Under the pieces are notes generated by a model that worked only from the letters and a program-made list of their open reading frames with translations, did not search any database and was not told the origin of the DNA. DNA of 64,000 nt from a virus. A program made the translations under genes and the position numbers. The stretch is from the IMG/VR virus record IMGVR_UViG_3300022747_000017; one strand, given 5' to 3'. Shown in pieces: positions 50,717 through 62,087 of this stretch; positions within the stretch are counted from its first letter, which is position 1, and every line of letters starts with the position of its first letter.

Positions 50717-51376
50717 ATGACAAAAGACAAACTAGAACTAATGGAAAAGTGGCTAACAGTGGCCACGTTAATGGGATTGACCTTAGAAAACATCTATGAT
50801 GATTGGGACGACGATCGATATTTCTTTGGGTTGTTTGAAGAGCACGAACGTCATCTTGCACGATTAGCAGACCCAAACGATACTATGAAAATTGTGCTGC
50901 AAACAGTTGAGATGGGTGTTACCACAACCGATGTGGACAATTATATAAGCTATCGCGACGATATGGATCGCAAGAAAGAAGCTGAGGAACAAGCGGCAAG
51001 GATTTTCAATAACCCTGCATTAACAAAGCTGCGTAACGACAACGGATTTGTGTTAGAGGATTCTGCTACCAAGCGGTACAAAAAGCACACTTATTTTTCT
51101 TTTAAAGACGATAAAGGAAATCAGTTTAACGGTCGCATATTCCGCAAAAATTGGGGAACCTATCGCGTTTGGCTAACGTGGAAAGATGCCAAAAATAAAA
51201 ATGCCAAATGGATGTACGATGCACCCAATGGTTCCGTACCAGTGCCTGCGGCTTTCCCTAGTGAATGGAAAACCTGGGGATATACATCTGAGATTCCACA
51301 TATGGCACATGTTATTGCCTACAATGTCATTAATCGTAAGATGCCCAAAGTAACAAAATTCAAGTATCCAAAATGA
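50717..51376 (+). CDS. Hypothetical protein
   Basis: 219-aa ORF. Confidence 0.7.
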   Translation: MTKDKLELMEKWLTVATLMGLTLENIYDDWDDDRYFFGLFEEHERHLARLADPNDTMKIVLQTVEMGVTTTDVDNYISYRDDMDRKKEAEEQAARIFNNPALTKLRNDNGFVLEDSATKRYKKHTYFSFKDDKGNQFNGRIFRKNWGTYRVWLTWKDAKNKNAKWMYDAPNGSVPVPAAFPSEWKTWGYTSEIPHMAHVIAYNVINRKMPKVTKFKYPK

Positions 51377-51522
51377 ACAACAACAGTGACATCCTTGCAA
51401 TGATTCGCCGCCGTAGTGAAAACTACGTGCCGGCCAAGCGTGAGTCTGATCCTGCACTAGCGTACTTCTTGTTGGGTGTGTTTGTTGCATGTGCATTTTT
51501 GGCAAAGCTGTTCGGTTAAAGA

Positions 51523-51840
51523 ATGTCAACTTTGTTCCATATAACCCCTAGAAAAAATCTTGAATCTATCAAGATGCTAGGTATTAAACCTGCGTATGCC
51601 AAAGGGTTATATTGCGGCAATGACAGAAAACCAGTGGTGTGGTTAACTGACAATCCCAAGCATATTTTGACTACACAAGCAGGTGAAGATTGGATTAAGA
51701 AAAATGATCCAGTTGTTCTTGAAGTTGAATGTAATGGTCTTGACGTTAAACCATATGTCAGTTATATTACAGGTAAAGTAGCCCTGCACGAGTTTTATTT
51801 TGAAGGCACAATTAAACAGCAGTTTGGAGTTGAACTATGA
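51523..51840 (+). CDS. ADP-ribosyltransferase / Tpt1(KptA)-like fold protein
   Basis: LFHITPRKNLESIKMLGIKP ... VWLT ... VLEV pattern. Confidence 0.6.
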   Translation: MSTLFHITPRKNLESIKMLGIKPAYAKGLYCGNDRKPVVWLTDNPKHILTTQAGEDWIKKNDPVVLEVECNGLDVKPYVSYITGKVALHEFYFEGTIKQQFGVEL

Positions 51841-52504
51841 ACGAACGAATTAAGAAACTTTTGGCACAGGCTCACTTGGATTGTGGGCCGGACACAAACA
51901 AGGTTGCGGAACGATACGCTGAGTTGATTGTTCGAGAATGTGCAGATATTGCTGATAATCAAGAGGATTACTTGACTGCAAAGATTATCAAACAACAGTT
52001 TGGAGTTGAAGAATGATGAAGAAAACTCAGGCGATGTTGGAGAATTTTAGCGACAAGGAAATTCGCTATATGCTACAATATGCTAAAACACATTTGGAGC
52101 GTAACGAGTATAAACCTGATGACGGGACTCTCCAGGGAGATATACTCAAACGCCTTTATAAAGTTATCAGTGAAAGCATGAAATGAACATCCAAACCGTA
52201 GCAGAAAATCTGCGTAACACAATCGCCGGCAAGGAAAAATTGTTGGAAGCACACCGAAAGGTCCTTTGTCTTGGTACCATGGCCGAGGATGCGGCATTGT
52301 ATGCTACAGTTTCTTTCCTTGCAGTTAACATTGACGAACTCAAGCGTATTCTGCAGGATGTGGAAGTGTGTTGCGAAAAAGCCACAGCAGATAGTTGGGC
52401 AATAAATCCCGACCGAACCGGCGGGGCATTTACACAAGAAGAAATTGATAGAAGTTCTAATTGGTAATTCCAAAAGTGCTATAATACGCACAAGGAGTTA
52501 ACGT

Positions 52505-53233
52505 ATGAGCCAAGTTCTTGTTTGGAAAAGTGATGCAGACGGAAAGTTATTTGAAGACCGAACCAAGTATCAAAACCACCTGCGTAAACTTGCAGCAGCC
52601 CGTCGCGAAGTCAAGAAACAAGAACTCCATGTATTGCAGCGAGAAAATTTCTTAGATCAAATGGGACAGGTTGCATCATTTGATGAGCTGCAACAGTTTG
52701 TCGTTGATCATTGGGATTTCTTTCGCTATAATATGCTCGAACGCAATAGTTGGCGCAAACGCAAAACCCTTCCTAAGAAAGACGATCAGCTGATTAGCTT
52801 GACATTGTCTGACCTACATTTTGTCAGAGATCTAAGCAACAGTCATAGTTCTCCGCGTAAAGGCGTTCGTAACTTTGATCGCAGTAGTGAGCACAACAAA
52901 GGTAAACCCACTAGTTATCCTGGCTGGCGCGGTCGTATCACTTACAGTGTTACCAGCTCAACTGGCTTTGGTAGCGACTACTTTGACAGCACTCCCATTT
53001 GCACAGGCAGCGGCGGCGGTGGCGACAAACAGTTGTCTTATGATTTGAAACTGTGGGCTGCTGACTTTCCTGTCATGTGGGAACAGCAGGCCAAACAGAA
53101 TTGGATTGAAAAAGAAAATCGAGATCGTTCTTATGCCTGGAACCAACTTGGCGGAGCAACTGCTGGCTTAGTTGAAGTTACTGATATTCCAGCAGGGTGG
53201 ACTGTGCCCGATGCGTTGCAATCAATGGAGTAA
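52505..53233 (+). CDS. Hypothetical phage protein
   Basis: 242 aa with promoter and AAGGAG RBS. Confidence 0.75.
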   Translation: MSQVLVWKSDADGKLFEDRTKYQNHLRKLAAARREVKKQELHVLQRENFLDQMGQVASFDELQQFVVDHWDFFRYNMLERNSWRKRKTLPKKDDQLISLTLSDLHFVRDLSNSHSSPRKGVRNFDRSSEHNKGKPTSYPGWRGRITYSVTSSTGFGSDYFDSTPICTGSGGGGDKQLSYDLKLWAADFPVMWEQQAKQNWIEKENRDRSYAWNQLGGATAGLVEVTDIPAGWTVPDALQSME

Positions 53234-53238
53234 ACAAC

Positions 53239-53556
53239 ATGAACTACGAGCATATTCTTTGGTGTCACGAAGATAACCACGACAAAGTGTGGGGCATGAT
53301 TCGAATTGCAGATGTGGATATAGTCTACAGTGGTAGCAGAGTTAATACTTACAAGTACGTGACTTTTTGGGGCCGACGTGGTAAGAAACTCCAGACAAAG
53401 ATCGCTGATGCTTTCTTTATGGATGCAGAACATCAACGGGATAAAAAGCTCAAGAAGGGCTACAAGATCGTTTCTAAATCAGAACTGGATGCAGTGTATC
53501 CTGAGTTTGAACAAGACTTAGAAGCCACAGCAGTTTGGGCATTATTGAGTGCATAA
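53239..53556 (+). CDS. WGR-domain-like protein
   Basis: NHDKVW...VTFWGRRGKKLQTK...KLKKGYK. Confidence 0.6.
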   Translation: MNYEHILWCHEDNHDKVWGMIRIADVDIVYSGSRVNTYKYVTFWGRRGKKLQTKIADAFFMDAEHQRDKKLKKGYKIVSKSELDAVYPEFEQDLEATAVWALLSA

Positions 53557-53557
53557 T

Positions 53558-53980
53558 ATGACAGAAAAGAAAAAAGAGTTACTGTTTAGTGTGACTGCCA
53601 AGGACTGTGATTGGTCCTATACCAAAGGCACAGGGGCAGGTGGACAGAAGCGTAATAAGACCAGCAGCGCAGTGCATTGTCACCATCGCCCTAGTGGCGG
53701 GTATGGTTACAGCGAAGCAAGTCGTAGTCAAGCAGATAACAAGCGCGATGCCTTTGTTAAAATGGCAAACACCAAAGAATTCCAATCTTGGAATCGCATG
53801 GAAGCCATGCGCCGTATGGGAGTACTAGCAGACATTGACCGCAAGGTTGAAGAAAGCATGCGACACATTAAGATCGAAATTCGGGTAGATGGCAAGTGGA
53901 CTGAAGTAAAAGAACACATGTTGGTCAACGACCCGGATGATTTTCGAATTGAATGGTTGAAGGAAATGCAGAATGAATAA
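53558..53980 (+). CDS. Peptidyl-tRNA hydrolase / release factor RF-1 domain protein (ArfB/PrfH-like)
   Basis: KGTGAGGQKRNKTSSAV..H.PSG...SRSQ..NKR.AF; GGQ motif, lacks codon-recognition domains. Confidence 0.85.
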   Translation: MTEKKKELLFSVTAKDCDWSYTKGTGAGGQKRNKTSSAVHCHHRPSGGYGYSEASRSQADNKRDAFVKMANTKEFQSWNRMEAMRRMGVLADIDRKVEESMRHIKIEIRVDGKWTEVKEHMLVNDPDDFRIEWLKEMQNE

Positions 53981-56625
53981 ACAAATTAAGCTACTCGCAG
54001 AGAAGGCCGGTCTTCAACCCTATTACGAAGCACAAGAAGGGCAAATGGAAAATTTTGCCAAACTGATTGTGCTTGAATGTGCTGACTTTGTTCAGTTTTA
54101 TTACCAGGATCATGCATGCGAAGGCATTGCACATGACATGAAAACGCATTTTGGAGTTGACGAATGTCAATCGAAGAAGTAAAAATTGTAGAAATTTTGC
54201 CCACTAAAATATGGCAAGAAAAAGATTTCATGGGCACAGTCAGCATTAAGATGCAACATCAAGGCATGCCCGAGTTCACTATTTGCAAAATTAATTACGA
54301 TTACGCATATACTAGCAACAGTCATCAACATTGGTTGGCAAACGAAATCATGAAACTACTGGGTGCAGAGAATGGCAACGAGTCCTGAAGCGACCTGGCG
54401 AACAGCCGATGGTCGCAGTATTGCAGTTAAGGAAATGAAGGACAGCCATCTAGTTAATGTGATTAACTGGATACTGGATAATCCGGATTCGTATCCTTTG
54501 TCCTCGCTTAACACAATGATTACTGAAGCCAATTATCGAAAAACTCTGCTGTTTGCAGAAGGCAAAGCGTACCCACAACAAGTAGGCAAGCGTTGGCGTC
54601 TAATAGATCCAGTAACTGGTGAAGGACACATTGTTAAACCACCTAAAGAATATATCGAAGCAGTAAAAGACAACTTTGGATATCAATCAATGAGTAAACG
54701 TACTCAAGACAAACGTAAGAAAGAAAATCAATGAGAATTTATTTCCAATTTTTAGCATGGCTATTGCGGAAGGTTACGTTCAGAACACCAAGATTTTTTC
54801 GTGACCTAATCGAAGATTACCGGCGGGCGTTTCTTAGAACGTGGGCGTTGGCTTTAGCCATGTCGGCCATGGCTTATCTAGTATTGGCATTATTTGTATT
54901 AGTCGGCTGTGCAATGGCAGAAACTACCAAGCAACAACTGATAGATAATGAATTCTATGCCATGATTTTCATGGGCGTGGTTGTTGTGTACAATTGGTTG
55001 GCCGCATGGTATGGGGTATTTAAGCAAGAACGCCAGGATCTGTTGGATATATTGGCCGAGGGTTAACATGAACGAAGTTGAGAACACTTACAGAGCATTA
55101 AAGGACGACGATCTGTTGTCAACCGGGCGTTGGTGCTGGTTGGGCCTTCACAAATGGACTAAATGGAGCAAGCCCATGCATCGCAACGAAGGTGGATACG
55201 ATATCGACTATCAAACAAGATACTGCGGCCACTGTGGTGTGCTAAAGGTTAATCAATTACGGAGATATTAATGACATATCCAATTACTGATGTTATTGAT
55301 CTTGAACTCAATGTAGATGATTTTGTTGTGTTTTACAGCAATATCTACAAGATCAAAGCTGTAGGTACTACCAAGTATGAAAACGGCAGTGGCCAGGTAC
55401 GTCTGAAGATTGTAGACAATCCTAACGCAAAGACTGTGGTCAAACACAGTAAGGACATTGCCAAGTTAGATCAACAACAAGTATTACTCTGGATGCTAAA
55501 GAAAGGTTACAAATGATTCATTTTAGTGTTGGGTTACGAAACCCGTTCTCGGACCGTTGGGACAACGTCTACAACCGTAGTGCTGTAGTTGATAAATTTC
55601 ACAAGGCTGTGGAGATCGAAGTCTATCGTGATACAACGATCGTCAGTTTTGCATTCCGTTGGACCATTAGACAAGACCACGCTGGCATGAACTTGGAACT
55701 TGGATTATTTGGATATACTGTGTCAGCACAGTACTACGACACACGTCATTGGAATGAAGAAGCGGGTCGTTTTAATCGCTACGACAGCGCAGGAAATGCA
55801 TCGTAATGGCCAACTACGCAGAATATTTTGCTGCACGAGATGCAGACTTGCCCAAGCCCAAGTACAATTATGGCGACCGTGTGTTTGGGCACTGGAATAA
55901 GATTCCTTTCATTGCCAGTGTGATCCGTGAAGAACACAAAACAGTGTTGGTGCAAACTGACTTGCCTGTCATGTACGAAGAACAAAACCACAACATTTTA
56001 AAGTTGTCACGGGCAGACGTTAACCTATTAAAGAACTATGACTAAGAAACTGCTCTGCTATGATGAAGACCTACTTGAAGTAGACGGCGAATACGACTAT
56101 TACTCGCGGTCCTTTAAGTTTAGGCCTGTATACGAAACAGATACCCGCGGGCTTGTTCTTACTGCTGCATTTCGCTTGTGCAGAGAATGCCATGCAGCTA
56201 TCAGCTCAATGGGCGGTGGCGGCAGCAGATATGTTTGTCTAAGCTGCTACCCAACATTAAAACTCAGAGATTTTGCCGAAGGGCATACGCACACAATAGT
56301 AGGAGAATAACATGAATAATTTAGAATTACGTTGGTTAGAATACGAGGAAGAAGAAACAATTGTTCCTCCTGTGCATGACATTAAATTTGGTGAGCCATT
56401 TCAAAAAGGCATGGTTACAAAGCGTAAATTGCAGTACAGAGCGTATCAAAATGTCGCAGTGTATGCAGGCATGCCCGATCAGGATTTTGTTAATAAAACT
56501 GCTAAAATGCAATGGAGCAGTTGGACTGATATTCCTGTAGTAAAAGCCTAATACGTTAGTATTACCTTGCTCTAAAATGGTTTTGGGCATATAATAGATA
56601 TATCATAACACTGATAAATATTGCT

Positions 56626-56808
56626 ATGCAAATTAACGAAATCACAAAACCAAGCACAAAGGCCATCTTTGAATGTTTGTCTACTGACAAAGACCACACG
56701 TTTGGCACCGAATCTTTGCAGGAAATCGCTGAAAGCGTTAGCAAGTTTAACGAAAACGATCCTGGCATGAGCTCCGCTGATTTCCTGAAAATGCTGAATG
56801 AAGCATAA
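56626..56808 (+). CDS. Small acidic protein, possible antitoxin
   Basis: TAAATA-N5-ATG; 60 aa directly upstream of the YafQ-like gene. Confidence 0.5.
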   Translation: MQINEITKPSTKAIFECLSTDKDHTFGTESLQEIAESVSKFNENDPGMSSADFLKMLNEA

Positions 56809-56822
56809 GGAATCAGGAGACT

Positions 56823-57581
56823 ATGGATTTACGAGTAATCGGAGCAGGACACGACAGCGAGTTTATAAGAACACTAAACAAGTACGCTGATCAAAAAGAT
56901 CGTCTAAAAAAACAAGTTGCAGCATTTATTGAGTGGAAAAATCAATATCCATTCAATGGATACTTGCCCGGTCAGTATCCAGGCTTTGGCAACAGCGATA
57001 CAAAATTCAAGCCCACCGGAAACTTTACATTAAAGATTCCCGGAATTGCACACGCACACCTAACACCGGACCTAAGTATTGTTTACTTTGTTGACCGGGA
57101 AACCAGTACCATTCGTTTGTACGGTATTTACAGCCATGATGCAATAGGTACCGGACAACCTGCTAATCCAAATCGTCAACAACAAATGGCCTCTCGTTGG
57201 GCCAACATGACTTTTGATGCCAGCGTTGAACCGGCATTTGACCAAGACGACTCCAAGCCTAAGTTTACTCAAGGCAAGACCGGCAAGGTTGACTACACAC
57301 CTAAACCAAAGGCCCAGACTCCATCACAGGCTGCACAAGAAAAGATACGTGATCCGTTCTTTGGATTTGTAAAAATGGTTGACAGTACTTGGCCCGAACG
57401 TAACTTATTCAAACAGATGCAGGCCACCAAAGACGTCTATGAGCGCATTACACTAATTAACAAAGAGGCACAATACCTGGCATTAATTAGACAAAAGAAT
57501 AGACTGTACCCAAATCAAGCAGAGTATTTAAAGGGCCTTGAAGGGCTGATTAATTACCTAAAATCGCAACAAAAGCGATAA
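56823..57581 (+). CDS. RelE/YafQ-like mRNA interferase domain with C-terminal extension
   Basis: FIRTLNKY...AHAHLTPDLSIVYFV...IRLYGIYSHD resembles the YafQ HxHI.PD.LLIY...L...GSH pattern. Confidence 0.65.
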   Translation: MDLRVIGAGHDSEFIRTLNKYADQKDRLKKQVAAFIEWKNQYPFNGYLPGQYPGFGNSDTKFKPTGNFTLKIPGIAHAHLTPDLSIVYFVDRETSTIRLYGIYSHDAIGTGQPANPNRQQQMASRWANMTFDASVEPAFDQDDSKPKFTQGKTGKVDYTPKPKAQTPSQAAQEKIRDPFFGFVKMVDSTWPERNLFKQMQATKDVYERITLINKEAQYLALIRQKNRLYPNQAEYLKGLEGLINYLKSQQKR

Positions 57582-57585
57582 AACT

Positions 57586-57603
57586 GCCCCGAAAGGGGCT
57601 TTT
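57586..57603 (+). terminator. Rho-independent terminator
   Basis: GCCCC-GAAA-GGGGC-TTTT. Confidence 0.85.
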
Positions 57604-60600
57604 ATTTGACTTGAAATTGCCCTAGTTGTATAATGCACTATGAGCAGTTCAATTGACGCCGGTTACCATGCTGAAAAGCAGCGCAAAGGCACAAACGCTA
57701 AATGTAAGAAGAGTCCGGACGGCAAACACAAATGGAAACTGTTTGGTTCTTATCCTTCAACTTGGCGTGAATGTCTTTACTGTAAAGAAAATTTGTATTC
57801 AAAATGAAAAAATTCAAACTAATCGCACAGCACTACGACATGGCGCCGGGCACCATTGTGTACAAGTTGTGGATCAGCATTGGCAACGATGTTTATACTG
57901 TGAACCCAGACGTACCGGGTGAGCCGTATCTGCGTATTATCCCTGCTGACAAGCTGGAAGAAATCCAATGAGCGACACTCAAATCTATTACAAAATACGA
58001 CACAAGGATACACTTCGTTGGAGCAAGGGCGGAGTATACGTTCCTGCCGACGGCTACGGCACCTTGTGGGTTGAAAAAGGTGGTAAAGTTTGGGACACAG
58101 TAGGCAAGTTGCGATCTCACATTACATCACACATGAGCAAATATTCAGGCGATATTGGCACTGACATGAGTAAATGGGAAGTGGTAGAGTACCGTATGGT
58201 GTACCAAAATACCAAAGGCATTCACGAAATTGTAAAACCGGAGAAGCTGATCAAGCTGCTAACTCAATGAACGAACAACTAAAACCGTTTTTAGCAGGGT
58301 TTGACCTTGCTGGCAAGCGTTTACCAAATGGAAAACTACAATCATATGGACTACAAGAAGGTCTAATGGATGACTGGCCAGAAGAAGTCAAGTTGTTTGG
58401 TAATACTTACACTCTGGAAGAAGTTGTCAAAGGTGTAGAAGGATACGAGTCGGGAGTATATGTATGAACAAGCGAATTAACGAACTTGCAGTACAAGCTG
58501 GTGGAATTTGGCGCGGTGGTCATGTTGAACAGGCTAACGGAGATAGCGTATGGTCTGAACGAGCCAGTGTAGATCCTGTTGACATTGATTTGCAAAAGTT
58601 CGCCATGCTGGTGATTCAGGACTACGAAAACGATGTTCGTGAAAGTCGCCGTGAAGTTAAATCACAGTTAGGTTACAGTCGCATTGGATTGGGTAATGTA
58701 TGAACGAACGTATTAAACAACTTTACGAACAGGCTCACGAGCAAATGCCAATTATCGTTGTAGATCCAGAGACTTGTGAACCCACACATAAAGTTGGCCA
58801 TAATGGCAAGCCAATGTATTATCGAGGGCTAAATTCTGAAAAGTTTGCTGAGTTGATTGTGCGAGAATGTGGTCAATACCTTAACTCCCCTGAGTTTATT
58901 GGGCGCAGTGATTTGGATTGGGCAATGGTGTTGGACGAACATTTTGGAGTTGAATGATGGCAAGACGTTACGGTAAACAGTTAAAAGCACATGTAGCCGA
59001 GATTGATAAAAATCCTGCATTAGTGTTAAAAATAACGCAAGCGGAATATGGAATTTTCCGTGAACGAGTTCACAAAACTCCCAAACTTTATAATAAGTTG
59101 CCTAAGACCGTTATTGATGGATGGACAGGTGAACGTCACTTGAGAGACTGCACATGCTGAACGAACGAATTCAAAAACTTAAAAAGCAGGCTATTGCAGA
59201 AGTTGCAACTGAATATGGAACTGAAATTAAGTATTTCACCGATAAACTAGACACAAGATGCCGAGAAAAAGTTGATGAAAAGTTCGCCGAGTTAATTGTT
59301 CGAGAATGTATTGAGCGTGTTCGCAGTCAGTATATACCTGTTCGGGATTCAACTGTTGAAGGACGAACAAATCCATTTCACCCACAACTCACGGTTCGCA
59401 CTGAGCGTGAAGAAGGCGTTATTGAATGCGGTGTCAATAGTGTTATCGCATTGGAAGAACTTATTCAGGAACAAACTGATAAGTGGTATAAAGAAAACAT
59501 TCTCGGAGTTGAAGAATGAACCAAGAACTTATTGCACTGTTCAAAACAGAATGTCACGACCGTGCCAGTGAGGTTGACCCAGACAATTGTCAAGATTGGT
59601 TTTGCATCACACTTGGTTGGGCCATTGCTAAAGGTCTAAGTCCCGATGATGCTTACGATTTTGCCTCATACATTAGATACAAAACGGATTTGGCATGAAC
59701 GAACGAATTAAAGAACTTTACCAAAAGGCGCATGAACCACAGCCTCCGACTAGAGGAACAGGAACGCTGACCAAAGACATTTTATGGGAGCAACCTGATA
59801 AGTTTAATCCTGAAAAGTTTGCCTTGTTAATTGTCAAAGAATGTATGAATGCCGTTGGCAATGGCCCAATGGAACGAGCTTCAATCCAAGCTATCAAGGC
59901 TGCATTTGGTGTTGAGTATTACGAACCGATTGAAAAAGGATTTGGAGTTGAACTATGACAAACTATCAAGTATATTACCTTGCTAATGCAGAAGGTATTC
60001 ACGCAGGACCATTCCCTACAGTTGAAGCCGCAGTTGAAGGTAAGAAAAAGTTTCACCCATTGTATGCTACATTACTCAGGGTAGTTAAGGGCAACATTCA
60101 AGTGGAGCCTGTATGAACGACCAAATCGAAAAACTTCTTGGTATGAACGACCGAATCGAAAAACTTTTGGAACATGTCCGAGTAAATGAGCAGATTGAAC
60201 GAATTGCTGAACAAGCTGGTTGTACAATTGACCGACTGGGATATGGTGAAGGTAATCTAGAAAAGTTCGCCGAGTTGCTCGTTCGGGAATGTATGTTAAT
60301 TTGTGGCGCAATACAAGGCGCAGGTGAACTTAGAAACATGCACGAGTTTGCATCTGGTGCAGCACAATGTAGGGCAATTATCAAAAGAGACTTTGGAGTT
60401 GAAGAATGAACGATGAATATAAACTTACTACAGACGTTGATATGAACAACGAACTGGCCCGTGCTACAGTGGATGACATTCGTTATTTTGAGGATAAAGT
60501 AAAACTCCGTCCTTGGGATAAAAAGGCTCAGATGCAATTGGCACTGATTAAAAAACATTTCGGAGTCGAAGAGTGAGTTGCTCACATCAACGAGAACGTG

Positions 60601-60951
60601 GGTATTATGTCGATGACGAAGAAGACGGCTGGGGTGGAATAACCCCGGGTCATTGGGAATACACTACGGAACAAACAACCGTTGACATTGACTTACACCG
60701 TTACAAGTGTACTCAATGTGGACTAGTTATGTACTATTCAGGTAGAGCTAGACAGTATCACGAAGAAGGTACTAAGTTTGATTGGATTAAAGGACTAGAC
60801 AAATGAACTTTCGATTCTGGTGTCAACTAAAGTGGTACGAGCACATTGACGAAATGATTATGATGAGTGGTCGAGAACCATCATATACCAGCAGACAGTA
60901 TTTTAACAAGTACCGATGGTGGCTACGGCGTGAATACAAACATCAAATAAA

Positions 60952-61410
60952 ATGACCAGCAAAACATTCTACGAAAAGGTGGGACGGAGATATGTTCCTG
61001 TCCGCGAATACGACAGTGACCTAATGGACGCAATGCCAGAAGGTGCACACTTAGTATTAGTACATCCCGGGGGGAAAAGTACACGCTACAACGTTGACCC
61101 TAATTATGCGGCTATGATTGCTGCTGGCAGGATTGCAGAGGATACTATCAGCCGTGCTGTTATGAAAGCCAGCGACCTGCGGCCAAGGAGTGCTCCTATT
61201 ACTGAAGAACAAAAGGCAGCGTGGGAACACCTGGTTGCAGTATTTGGGGAAAGTGCTAAAACACTAGAGTGGCCTAGTGCACGTGAAACAGCAGAAGCTG
61301 CGGTTGCTGCAATGGTGCAAGAAGCAGAACAGCTAATGCAGCATCCCACTGTAAAAGAGGCCTACGACCATTTTCAATTGGTTTGCAATTTAACAAAGGA
61401 TCATCAATAA
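60952..61410 (+). CDS. Hypothetical protein
   Basis: 152-aa ORF. Confidence 0.7.
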   Translation: MTSKTFYEKVGRRYVPVREYDSDLMDAMPEGAHLVLVHPGGKSTRYNVDPNYAAMIAAGRIAEDTISRAVMKASDLRPRSAPITEEQKAAWEHLVAVFGESAKTLEWPSARETAEAAVAAMVQEAEQLMQHPTVKEAYDHFQLVCNLTKDHQ

Positions 61411-61502
61411 TGGCGTTCGGTGCTGCTATATTTTATCTATTCATTTCAGGGCATTGGCTTGCACTGTTCTTTATTCTACTACTAAAACTCCTTGAGGATT
61501 AA

Positions 61503-62087
61503 ATGAAAAATTCTGTTATCTTAGTTGATTGTGATGGCGTATTGCTTAACTGGGAATATGCATTTGATATCTGGATGGAGCAACATGGATTTAAAAAAGT
61601 CCCGGGCGCAGAGTTCAATTACGACATTGCCAAAAACTATAATATTGACCGAGATCAGGGCAAGAAGTTAATTAAGATCTTTAACGAAAGTGCTGCCATT
61701 GGATTCTTGCCACCATTACGTGATGCCATGTATTACGTTAAACGTCTACACGAAGAGTTTGGATTTGTGTTCCATTGCATTACCAGTCTAAGTCTTGATC
61801 CAAATGCAAAGAAACTACGCGAAATGAACCTTGCTAAACTGTTTGGCGAGACTGCATTTGAGAAAGTAGTATGCCTTGACACAGGTGCAGATAAAGATCA
61901 AGCACTGTTGCCGTACAAGGACACGTATTGCTGGTGGGTAGAAGACAAGTTTGAAAACGCTGAAGTGGGATTACAGTTAGGACTAAAATCAATCCTCATG
62001 GAGCACGGCCATAATATGCATCACTACCATGAGGATATTCGTAAAGTTACGAACTGGAAAGAGGCTTTTGAAATTATTACTGCTTAA
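61503..62087 (+). CDS. HAD-family 5' nucleotidase-like protein
   Basis: ILVDCDGVLLNW, CITS, WWVEDK motifs. Confidence 0.8.
   Translation: MKNSVILVDCDGVLLNWEYAFDIWMEQHGFKKVPGAEFNYDIAKNYNIDRDQGKKLIKIFNESAAIGFLPPLRDAMYYVKRLHEEFGFVFHCITSLSLDPNAKKLREMNLAKLFGETAFEKVVCLDTGADKDQALLPYKDTYCWWVEDKFENAEVGLQLGLKSILMEHGHNMHHYHEDIRKVTNWKEAFEIITA

Larger units (their letters stand above)
48178..60576 (+). other. Dispersed family of MNERI...(F/Y)AELIV.EC...FGVE cassettes among small hypothetical genes
   Basis: Members at 48178-48462, 48653-48886, 51837-52016, 53973-54182, 58464-58703, 58700-58957, 59154-59519, 59695-59958, 60113-60409, 60406-60576; shared ATGAACGAACGAATTAA starts and TT(C/T)GGAGTTGAA ends. 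Confidence 0.85.

Noticed and set aside
56626-57581. Ordinary host chromosomal toxin-antitoxin locus or host DNA contamination
   Set aside because: Codon style, TAAATA promoter and flanking genes match the phage context; the long C-terminal extension is atypical of host YafQ.
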